In this document: positions 1 through 6,833 of the stretch, piece after piece
Numbering within the stretch: the first letter of the stretch is position 1
How the letters are laid out: every line of letters starts with the position of its first letter
DNA from: Gemmatimonadota bacterium
Lineage (GTDB): Bacteria > Gemmatimonadota > Gemmatimonadetes > Palauibacterales > KS3-K002
Assembly: GCA_039586795.1 (NCBI GenBank)
Contig: JBDHJS010000080.1
Location: forward strand, 1-13,086
Direction of reading: 5' to 3'
DNA length: 13,086 bases
Notes under the pieces: generated by a model
Databases searched by the model: none
What the model was told of the DNA's origin: nothing
What the model saw: only the letters and a program-made list of their open reading frames with translations
Translations under genes and position numbers: made by a program

Positions 1-26
1 CGTGGGAGAGTAGGACGCCGCCGGTG
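1..26 (+). rRNA. rrf: 5S rRNA, 3' end only (truncated by window start)
   Basis: cgtgggagagtaggacgccgccggtg matches the conserved 5S 3' segment (..GAGAGUAGGACGCCGCC.. as in Bacillus/actinobacterial 5S). It is followed immediately by a strong terminator, as expected at the end of an rrn operon. The exact 3' end is approximate. Confidence 0.85.
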
Positions 27-34
27 TTTTATCC

Positions 35-65
35 AAAAACGCCGCGCTTATCGCGCGGCGTTTTT
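35..65. terminator. Bidirectional rho-independent terminator (rrn operon end / thiE operon end)
   Basis: Perfect inverted repeat aaaaacgccgcgc (35-47), loop ttatc, gcgcggcgttttt (53-65), giving a U-tract on both strands. It lies between the 5S end (+) and the thiE stop at 71 (-). Confidence 0.92.
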
Positions 66-70
66 CTTAT

Positions 71-715
71 CTAGATGTTCAACAGCCCGTCCAACAAACC
101 CCGCACCGCCCCACCTGGATCCCGCGCTCTCATGACAGACGAAACGACCGCCACGCCCACGGCTCCCGCAGCCGCACACTGACCGGCGTTCTCCTCCGTC
201 ACGCCGCCGACCCCGATCACCGGGATCGCGACCGAGTTGGCAACACGCGCCAACTGCTCCGTGCCGATCACTTCGCCGGCGACTTCCTTCTTTGTCTGCG
301 TACCGAACACGGAACCGACTCCCAGGTAGTGGGCTCCGTCGGCTTCGGCGGCGCGCGCATCCTCCTCGGTGTCGGCCGAACGCCCGATGATGAAGTCACC
401 GGGGACGACACTGCGAACGACGGCGACAGGCAGGTCGTCATCGCCCAGGTGTACGCCGTGGGCTCCGGCCGCTAGGGCGACGTCGAAGCGGTCGTTGACG
501 AGGAATAGGGCGCCGTGTCGTTCGCACAGCGGACGCACCTGCGCGGCCAGGTCGAGCAACTCGCCGCTCGTGGCCTCTTTGTCGCGGAGCTGGATCGAGG
601 TAGCGCCGGCCTGCAGCGCTTTCTCCACTATCGACAGCCAGCGTTCTCCCGCCATCTGGCGGTCGGTGATGACCATGAGGCGCAGGGCGCCGCGAAGACG
701 AGTGGCGCGGTCCAT
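71..715 (-). CDS. thiE: Thiamine-phosphate synthase
   Basis: Motifs LMVITD, SIQLRDK, FLVNDRFDVALAAGAHGVHLGDDD, GADY-like GAHYLGVGSVFGTQTK, PVIGVGGVT, GVAVVSSV. I chose the ATG at 715 (MDRATRLRG...) because the track's extension to 808 overlaps mltG and is not ThiE-like. Confidence 0.93.
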   Translation of the reverse strand: MDRATRLRGALRLMVITDRQMAGERWLSIVEKALQAGATSIQLRDKEATSGELLDLAAQVRPLCERHGALFLVNDRFDVALAAGAHGVHLGDDDLPVAVVRSVVPGDFIIGRSADTEEDARAAEADGAHYLGVGSVFGTQTKKEVAGEVIGTEQLARVANSVAIPVIGVGGVTEENAGQCAAAGAVGVAVVSSVMRARDPGGAVRGLLDGLLNI

Positions 716-731
716 ATCGGGCGTGCTCGGT

Positions 732-1745
732 TCAGCGTGCGGCGCCGCGTATCTCCCTGATCTTCTGATTATGCTCGCGCAGGGTGCGCGAGAACTCGTG
801 GTGTCCATCGTCTCGGGCCACGAAGTACAGGTAGGTCACATCTGCGGGATGCAGCGCCGCATCGATGGCTGCAGCTCCTGGCGAGCCGATGGGACCGGGC
901 GGCAGACCGGCATGCGTGTAGGTGTTGTATGGATTGTCGGACACCGCTTCAATGTGGCGGTAAAGAAGACGGCTCTGGTGCGCTTCAAGGGCGTACTGGA
1001 CCGTGGGGTCGGCCTGGAGCCGCATCCCGCGGGCCAGTCGGTTGTGGAAGACGGCCGAGATGAGTGGCATCTCTTCCTCCCATCGGGCTTCCGCCTGAAT
1101 GATGGAGGCCAGGGTCACCAGCTCGCGCTCGTTCATTCCGATGGAGTCGAGGGCAGCCCGGCGCTCCGGCGTCCAGACCTCCAGGTAACGCTGGAACAGC
1201 TCGGCGGCGATCGTCCTCACGGGCAGACCCTGTGCAAAGCGGTAGGTCTCCGGGAAGAGATAGCCCTCCAGGTTGGGGCCGGGAGCACCCAAGGAATCGG
1301 CGAGTTCCGGGTCGAGGAGTTGTTGGGTTACGGAGTCCGCCGAGAGCTCCGTGACCGGAGCGACGCGCTCGGCGATCTGCCGGATCGCCCATCCCTCGGG
1401 GAAGGTAACGGCGATCGTAACGACGCGTCCCTCGACTAGGGTGACGAGGGCCGTGGCCCAGCCGCTGTTTCGCGGGAGGTCGTAGGTGCCGGCTTTGATG
1501 CTGGAGTCCGCTCTTTTGTAGCGGGCGTAGAACCGAAACAGACGTGGCCAGCGGATCACCTCATGGGCCGCCAGGCTATCCGCGACCGCGATAAAAGAAG
1601 CGCCTTCCGGAACAACGAAGCGCTCGATCTCTCCTCGCGAGCCGTCGCGGATCGCCATGAAAGCGAACGTCACGGCAGAGATCGCGGTGACCAGTACTAG
1701 GACCAGAGCGATGAGCACCGGCCGTCGCGTCATCACGCTACTCAT
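732..1745 (-). CDS. mltG: Endolytic peptidoglycan transglycosylase MltG (YceG family)
   Basis: N-terminal membrane anchor, then IKAGTY, VTFPEG, LEGYLFPETY, LASIIQAE, LQADPTVQY, YNTY..GLPPGPIGSPG and YLYFV. Start is ATG 1745 (overlapping the ruvX stop) or ATG 1733. Confidence 0.95.
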   Translation of the reverse strand: MSSVMTRRPVLIALVLVLVTAISAVTFAFMAIRDGSRGEIERFVVPEGASFIAVADSLAAHEVIRWPRLFRFYARYKRADSSIKAGTYDLPRNSGWATALVTLVEGRVVTIAVTFPEGWAIRQIAERVAPVTELSADSVTQQLLDPELADSLGAPGPNLEGYLFPETYRFAQGLPVRTIAAELFQRYLEVWTPERRAALDSIGMNERELVTLASIIQAEARWEEEMPLISAVFHNRLARGMRLQADPTVQYALEAHQSRLLYRHIEAVSDNPYNTYTHAGLPPGPIGSPGAAAIDAALHPADVTYLYFVARDDGHHEFSRTLREHNQKIREIRGAAR

Positions 1746-2166
1746 CTTCGTGCGCGTCCAGGTAGGTCTGCAGGATGAACAGAGCGGCCATCGCGTCCAC
1801 CCGCTCTTTCTGTCGACGAGCCGAGGCGCGGAGATCGAGCCGGGCAAGCTCGCGCTCGGCGCGAGCCGATGTTAGGCGCTCATCCCAGAAGTCGACGGGC
1901 AGGCCGCTCCGCTGACTCAGAGCTTCACCGAAGGCACGGACTTCCTCAGCCATCGTACCCTCCTCTCCGTCCAGCTCGACCGGCAGGCCGACGACGATCG
2001 TCTCGACTTCCCAGCGCTCCACCTCTTCTAGAATTCGCGAGTAGGGTGGCCGCTTGCCGCGTCGCCTTTGGATGGTGGGTAGCGATTGCGCGATCGTTCG
2101 CGTCGGGTCGCTGACCGCCACGCCGATTCGACGCTCGCCGTAGTCCAGTGCGAGGACCCTGCTCAT
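1738..2166 (-). CDS. ruvX: Holliday junction resolvase-like / pre-16S rRNA nuclease RuvX (YqgF)
   Basis: RVLALDYGERRIGVAVSDP, IVVGLP, WDERLTS and VDAMAALFILQTYLD are hallmark YqgF motifs. The ruvX-mltG adjacency is common. Confidence 0.95.
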   Translation of the reverse strand: MSRVLALDYGERRIGVAVSDPTRTIAQSLPTIQRRRGKRPPYSRILEEVERWEVETIVVGLPVELDGEEGTMAEEVRAFGEALSQRSGLPVDFWDERLTSARAERELARLDLRASARRQKERVDAMAALFILQTYLDAHEDE

Positions 2167-2212
2167 GAGGTAGCTCGGTGCCGCGAGGGTATCGGATGGC
2201 GTGGCCGGTCGC

Positions 2213-2731
2213 TCAGATTGCAGCGAGCGCGTCGTTCAGGTCGCCGGACTGGCTCAATCGTCGATGCACGGCCAGCAGCGTCGTTGGCGCGCCGAACAGG
2301 AACTGGCAAGTTTCGTCGCCCTGCGAGCGACAGGAGACCTCCATCACGGCCACCGGCTGCCCGACGGCGCTCGTCAGCAGCTCGGCCAGCAGGCCGGTGG
2401 AGATGTGGCATCCGGGAGCGGCACGCGATTCGTTCGGATCGGCTTCGGCCCAGTCGCTGGCGACGAGGGCGCCGACACCTTGTCCTTGTTTCTGGTGCTC
2501 GACACGGCCCCAGCCCGCCTCTTCGAAATAGCGGTTGAGCTCGGCCCAGAAGACGCCCATCGATAGCGAGGGTAACGGACCGCCGCCGCGCTCCGAGATC
2601 ACCATTTCAACGTCAGCCGCCAATCGACGTCCCGCCTCCCGAAGCGCGCGCACCGCGTCGTCGGTGGCGGTCTCTTCCATGGCCCGCCGCAGTTCGACGA
2701 GGCCGCCGGTCGGAAGTCTGACTTCACCCAT
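2213..2731 (-). CDS. Stand-alone V4R (4-vinyl reductase / NO-Golgi transport ligand-binding fold) domain protein
   Basis: ALREAGRRLA...FEEAGWGRV...GCHISTGLLAELLT...VMEVSCRSQGDETCQF fits the V4R pattern (GWG; C..G.L.G-like; ExxCxxxGxxxCxF with three Cys plus Glu). SD-like gaagg lies upstream of ATG 2731. Confidence 0.85.
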   Translation of the reverse strand: MGEVRLPTGGLVELRRAMEETATDDAVRALREAGRRLAADVEMVISERGGGPLPSLSMGVFWAELNRYFEEAGWGRVEHQKQGQGVGALVASDWAEADPNESRAAPGCHISTGLLAELLTSAVGQPVAVMEVSCRSQGDETCQFLFGAPTTLLAVHRRLSQSGDLNDALAAI

Positions 2732-2833
2732 GCGCTACCTTCGGTTCCTGGTCGAACGGGAGAGAAGTGCCTATCCCGCAACGGTTTCCAGTGCTGAGTC
2801 CCCGGCTGTCGGGGAGCGATAAACGTGATAATA

Positions 2834-2862
2834 AGGATAGACGGGCGGGGCGCTCCGTACAA
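2834..2862 (-). promoter_or_regulatory. Putative sigma70 promoter for the V4R-ruvX-mltG-thiE operon
   Basis: Minus strand TTGTAC (2862-2857), 17-nt spacer, TATCCT (2839-2834), in an AT-rich patch about 100 nt upstream of the V4R start. Confidence 0.55.
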
Positions 2863-2902
2863 GGTGCCGGCCGCCGACTGGGCTGGAGTCGATTCGCTAA
2901 AC

Positions 2903-2911
2903 TGCTAGCTT
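2903..2911 (+). promoter_or_regulatory. Possible extended -10 promoter for the aminopeptidase gene
   Basis: TGcTAGCTT fits TGnTAnnnT, about 75 nt upstream of ATG 2986. SD agagga is at 2975-2980. No clear -35. Confidence 0.35.
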
Positions 2912-2919
2912 TAGTTGAC

Positions 2920-2943
2920 CGGCCCCGTTTCGAAGCGGGGCCG
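2920..2943. other. GC-rich stem-loop in the pepP 5' leader
   Basis: cggccccg (2920-2927) pairs with cggggccg (2936-2943) around tttcgaag. Only a short T run follows. Confidence 0.55.
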
Positions 2944-2985
2944 TTTGTCGGTCGAACAGAGGACCTGAGAACGTAGAGGAACCCA

Positions 2986-4249
2986 ATGCCGCAACGCCTA
3001 CTGCTCTTCGCTCTGATCTTTTCGCTCACCGCAGCCCTTTCTGGCTTCACGCCGCACCGTACGGTCGCACCGGCGGCGGTAAGCGCAGCCAGCGGTCCCG
3101 ACACGACTGTCGTACCGGCCAAGGTGCTCGAGCTACGCCGAAAGGCCTTGCTGTCGAAGCTCGATCCGGGCATTGCGATCATCCCGAGCGCCAGGCCGCG
3201 CGAGAGCTGGGTGCATGCGCAGGACTCCGATTTTCGACAGGAGAACAACTTCTACTACCTGACCGGTCTGGAGACACCGGATTCCTGGTTGGTGCTGTTC
3301 AAGGGTGAGGGTGGTCAGGGCAAGGCCATGCTGTACATCCCGGAGCGGAACCCGGGGCAGGAGATGTGGAGCGGCAGGCAACCGGGCGTCGGCCCGGAAA
3401 CGGCCGAGCTGACCGGGGTCGAGGCGGTGAAGCCCGCGAAGCTGTTCGAGGAGGACATCCTGAGCCGGCTCAGCGGCGGTACTTCGTTCGGACAGTACGA
3501 GCGAGTCTACATGCCACTGGGCGGCGACCCCTCTCTCACGCGACCGATCATAGATCTCGCGCTTGACGGGCGCCACACGATCATAGATATCGAGCCGCCG
3601 CTGGCCAACCTCAGACAGACGAAGGATTCGGTCGAACTGGTCCGCCTGCGCCGGGCCGTGGACATCACAGCGGAAGCGCACGTCGCCGCGATGAGAGAGG
3701 CACAACCGGGCATGCACGAGTTCGAGCTCGAGGCGACCATCGAGTACGTGTTTCACTCTCGTGGTGCTCAGCGTGTCGGCTTCCCGAGCATCGTCGGTTC
3801 TGGCCCGAACAGCGTGATCCTTCATCACGATCGCAATCGGCGACGCATGGAAGACGGCGACCTTGTGGTGGTCGACATCGGTGCGGAATACGGATACTAC
3901 ACCGCCGATGTCACACGCACGTTCCCCGTGAACGGGAAATTCAGCGAGCGGCAGCGAGAGATCTACGAGCTGGTGCTTGGCACACAGAAGACCGTCATCG
4001 ACTCGGTGCGCCCGGGCGTGTCGATCTGGGAGTTGGAACGCATCGCGCGACGCTACATGCGCAATCATTCGGACGGCCTCTGTGGCGATTCGACCTGCGA
4101 CCGCTACTTCGTTCACGCTGGCGGAAGAGGAACTGGGTGTCCGGATCGAGGATGACATTCTGGTGACGGCGAAGGGTCGGGAGGTGTTGTCGTCGAGGGC
4201 ACCGAAGGGGGTGGAGGAGATTGAGGCGCTGATGGGGGGTGGGCGGTAG
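2986..4249 (+). pseudogene. pepP: Secreted Xaa-Pro aminopeptidase (M24B), disrupted by an internal deletion and frameshift at ~4117
   Basis: Signal peptide, AMP_N motif FRQENNFYYLTG, then LRQTKD, FPSIVGSGPN..LHH and VDIGAEYGYYTADVTRT. After YFVH (4105-4116) the conserved C-terminus [17 protein letters not shown]...IEALM continues in another frame to TAG 4247-4249. The GLxHxxGxDVHD...EPGIY segment is absent in all frames. This may be a real lesion or an assembly error. Confidence 0.85.
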
Positions 4250-4278
4250 ACGGTGGACAGTTGACGGTAGACGGTCGT
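4237..4278 (+). repeat. Heptamer tandem array (consensus cGGTrGa), left arm
   Basis: gggtggg cggtaga cggtgga cagttga cggtaga cggtcgt; contains the pepP stop codon. Confidence 0.8.
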
Positions 4279-4302
4279 ACTTGAAGTAGTCGCTGAAAAG
4301 AA

Positions 4303-4342
4303 AGCGGCCGCGAGGAACGAGCTAGACTCACTTGCGGCCGCT
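4303..4342. terminator. Hairpin between convergent pepP and PBP1A, probable (bidirectional) terminator
   Basis: agcggccgcgag (4303-4314) pairs with cttgcggccgct (4331-4342), 12 bp including one G-U. The A-rich flank aaaagaaa gives a U-tract on the minus strand; the plus-strand tail is weaker. Confidence 0.7.
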
Positions 4343-4354
4343 CTGCTGTTTGGC

Positions 4355-4396
4355 TTGACCGTCGACCGTCCACCGTCTACCCGCTACCTCCTACCT
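4355..4396 (-). repeat. Heptamer tandem array, right arm (inverted relative to the left arm)
   Basis: Minus strand aggtagg aggtagc gggtaga cggtgga cggtcga cggtcaa. The reverse complement of 4355-4381 matches 4245-4271 at 23/27 positions. Contains the PBP1A stop. Confidence 0.8.
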
Positions 4397-6624
4397 CCCC
4401 CCGGCGGCAACCCCCACGGCGTCGGCTGGTGCAAATCACACTCCTCCTCCGGCTCCGTGCCCGGTAGGTACACTTCGGTATAGATCCCATCCAGCGGACA
4501 GTACTGGGTCGCCAGCTTGCCGCTCAACTTGTCGACGGTGCGATAGACCAGGCCACCGGGACGTTCCCAGGGGTCGGGGATGGGGCGGTTCTGGTAGACG
4601 CGCTGCATGAAGGCGCCCCAGACGGGAGCCGCGTGGCCGCCGCCTACAGCGCGATCGAAGATCTTGGTCGGATTGTCGAGGCCAATCCAGACAGCGGCGA
4701 GCAGTTCGGGGGTGAAGCCGACGAACCAGATATCCGACTCGTCGTTGGTGGTGCCTGTCTTGCCGGCGGCCGGGATCTCCGGGGCCAGGTAGTCGCGGCG
4801 GATGCGCCCGGCGGTGCCGCCCGGATTGACGACATCACGGAGCACCGTGAGCATCACCCACGCCGTTTGGGGATCGAGGATCACCTCGCTCTCCGTATGC
4901 GACTCGTAGAGCACACGGCCCGTCTTGTCCTCGACGCGCAAGATCGCCTGCGGCGTGACGCGGACTCCGAGGTTCGCGTAGGTCGTAAAGGCCTCGGCGA
5001 CGTGTAGCGGGATCACCGAGGCGGCGCCGATCGAAGCGGCCGCAACTCGGGGCACCGGTGTACGGATGCCCATGGACCGCGCCAGCTGCGCGACGGTCTC
5101 CATCCCGACTTCCTGTCCCAGCTTCACCGTGACCACGTTGACCGACCGCTTCAGCGCCTCGCGCAAGGTCATCGGCCCGTGGAAGCGATCGTTGTAGTTC
5201 TTCGGCGACCAGATCCACGTCGAGTCGCCCTCGGGATCGTACTGGTCGAGCTCCAGTGGCGCGTCGTAGATCACGTACGAGATCGGGAAGTCGTTGGCGA
5301 TCGCCGCCGTGTAGACGAACGGTTTAAATACCGAGCCCGTTTGACGTAGCGCTTGCGTGGCGCGGTTGAACCGAGAGTGTCGCCAATCACGACCGCCGAC
5401 CAGCGCCTTCACGTGCCCGGTCTTCGGGTCGAGGGCGACGAACATCCCCTGCAGGTAAGGAGTCTGGGTCCAATCGATGGAGTCGGACGGAAGCTTGAGC
5501 GCTTCCTCGTACGTCATATGTTCGTACTCCGGGACAGCCTCCTCCAGGAAGGTCAGGTGGGCCTGGAGCGCCGAGTCGGCCAGCGCCTGCATCCCCAGGT
5601 CCAGCGTGGTGTAGATCCGAAACCCGGCCCGATAAAGATCGCTGCCGAACCGATCGTCCATCTCCTGGCGGACCCACTCGACGAAATAGGGCGCTATTTC
5701 GTTCTCCTCGCCCTCTCCTCGCGACCTCGGCAATGGGAACGCCTTCGCCGCCTCCGCTTCCGCCGCCGTGATGTAGCCCTGCTGCACCATCAGGTCGAGA
5801 ACTAGGTTGCGGCGGCCGAGGGCGGCTTGCGGTCGGCGGAACGGCGAGTAGGTCGATGGCGCTTTCGGCAGCGCCGCCAGCAGCGCCGCCTCGGGAAGGC
5901 GGAGCTCTCGGGCCGGGTGGCCGAAGAAGTACTGCGACGCGGCTTCGATGCCGTGCGCCGGCCCGAAGTTGATCTGGTTGAGGTAAGCCTCGAGGATCTC
6001 TTCCTTGCTGTAGATCCGCTCGATATCCCGCGCCACCTTCGCTTCCTTCAGCTTGCGGGATGGCGAGACCTCAAAGCCGATTTGCGCTCGGAACTGGTTG
6101 CGCGCCAGCTGCTGGGTGATCGTGCTGCCGCCGGGGCGGCCGGCGCCGAAGACCGCGTACTCGACCGTGGCTCGCGCCGTTCGCAAGTAGTCGAGACCGC
6201 TATGTCGGAAGAAGCGCTTGTCCTCGATGGCTACGAAGGCGTGCGTCACGTAGGGAGGCAGATCTTCGATATCGATGACCGTCCGGCGCTGAAAGAAGAA
6301 CTCGTGGACAAGGCTGCCGTCGGCGGCGTACAGCTTTGAAGACTCTTCCGGCTCCCAGACCGTGATCTGGGCGATGGAGGGGCAGCGGTCGCCCAGGCAA
6401 ATGCGGTCCCAGGTCGCTTTCCCAACGCCGGCGCCCAACGTTCCCATGAAGAGCAGAATCACCAGAGCCAGGTTGTGCCAGGGCCCCCAGCTTCTGATGA
6501 TGCGGGTCAGGAGGCGCGGCTTGCCGCCATTTGCCGGCGACTGTTCCGCTCGGGTTGGCTCGCTGTCGCTTGCCTCACCGCGCTTCTTCTTTCGGGATGC
6601 TTTTCTCTCGGTCTTCTCGAACAT
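4384..6624 (-). CDS. Class A penicillin-binding protein (PBP1A family, bifunctional transglycosylase/transpeptidase)
   Basis: GT51 motifs EDKRFFRHSG, GGSTITQQL, RKLKE, KEEILEAYLN, RRNLVL. Transpeptidase motifs SxxK (GSVFKP), SxN (RSVNV) and KTG (GKTGTT). Basic cytoplasmic tail plus one TM helix. Start is ATG 6624 or GTG 6627. Confidence 0.96.
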   Translation of the reverse strand: MFEKTERKASRKKKRGEASDSEPTRAEQSPANGGKPRLLTRIIRSWGPWHNLALVILLFMGTLGAGVGKATWDRICLGDRCPSIAQITVWEPEESSKLYAADGSLVHEFFFQRRTVIDIEDLPPYVTHAFVAIEDKRFFRHSGLDYLRTARATVEYAVFGAGRPGGSTITQQLARNQFRAQIGFEVSPSRKLKEAKVARDIERIYSKEEILEAYLNQINFGPAHGIEAASQYFFGHPARELRLPEAALLAALPKAPSTYSPFRRPQAALGRRNLVLDLMVQQGYITAAEAEAAKAFPLPRSRGEGEENEIAPYFVEWVRQEMDDRFGSDLYRAGFRIYTTLDLGMQALADSALQAHLTFLEEAVPEYEHMTYEEALKLPSDSIDWTQTPYLQGMFVALDPKTGHVKALVGGRDWRHSRFNRATQALRQTGSVFKPFVYTAAIANDFPISYVIYDAPLELDQYDPEGDSTWIWSPKNYNDRFHGPMTLREALKRSVNVVTVKLGQEVGMETVAQLARSMGIRTPVPRVAAASIGAASVIPLHVAEAFTTYANLGVRVTPQAILRVEDKTGRVLYESHTESEVILDPQTAWVMLTVLRDVVNPGGTAGRIRRDYLAPEIPAAGKTGTTNDESDIWFVGFTPELLAAVWIGLDNPTKIFDRAVGGGHAAPVWGAFMQRVYQNRPIPDPWERPGGLVYRTVDKLSGKLATQYCPLDGIYTEVYLPGTEPEEECDLHQPTPWGLPPGGGRR

Positions 6625-6711
6625 CACGCTACGCTCACCGCGCGTTTATGCGGTATTGCGCGGTTTCCCCTCACATTGTCGTCCGGCTGGGCGGGTTGGG
6701 ACCCGCCGAAA

Positions 6712-6740
6712 ACCATAGAACTTGGCCCGTGATGCAGCAA
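6712..6740 (-). promoter_or_regulatory. Putative sigma70 promoter for PBP1A
   Basis: Minus strand TTGCTG (6740-6735), 17-nt spacer, TATGGT (6717-6712). It is followed by a 7-bp hairpin ggcgggt/acccgcc at 6690-6707, at the predicted transcript 5' end. Confidence 0.5.
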
Positions 6741-6755
6741 GATACCGCTCCTAGG

Positions 6756-6776
6756 GCTCTGTTGTTCCAACAGAGC
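6756..6776. repeat. Perfect short inverted repeat
   Basis: gctctgttg (6756-6764), ttc, caacagagc (6768-6776), preceded by ctag (6751-6754). Confidence 0.75.
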
Positions 6777-6832
6777 GAGTACGAGTACGATCACCAGTAG
6801 GAGTACGAGTACGACCATCTACCTCGTACTCG
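6777..6832. repeat. Hexamer (GAGTAC) tandem array with one inverted copy
   Basis: gagtac gagtac gatcac cagtag gagtac gagtac (6777-6812). The 14-mer gagtacgagtacga is repeated at 6777 and 6801. tcgtactcg (6824-6832) is the reverse complement of cgagtacga (6806-6814). Confidence 0.8.
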
Positions 6833-6833
6833 A

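Noticed and set aside
716..808. Longer N-termini for thiE (808) and mltG (1847) given by the ORF track
   Set aside because: Both extensions overlap the neighbouring genes' conserved coding sequence and are not family-like.
369..1439. 356-aa plus-strand ORF
   Set aside because: Antisense shadow of thiE/mltG in GC-rich DNA; no recognisable motifs.
2732..2985. TPP riboswitch controlling thiE
   Set aside because: No GGG..GCUGAGA..CCUGA consensus on the minus strand; the ctgaga at ~2965 is on the wrong strand and lacks the context.
4105..4125. Programmed ribosomal frameshift in pepP
   Set aside because: No slippery sequence, and essential catalytic residues are missing from all frames, so recoding could not restore the enzyme.
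3133..4158. 341-aa minus-strand ORF
   Set aside because: Antisense shadow of pepP with no family motif.
6624..6818. 64-aa ORF with hydrophobic N-terminus (MVVLVLLLVIVLVLALL) whose TGA overlaps the PBP1A ATG
   Set aside because: The hydrophobic stretch is simply the translation of the GTACTC hexamer array, and the ORF runs across the predicted PBP1A promoter. Not fully excluded without Ribo-seq.
4237..6832. CRISPR interpretation of the two short-repeat patches
   Set aside because: Units are 6-7 nt in tandem with no unique spacers, and there are no cas genes.
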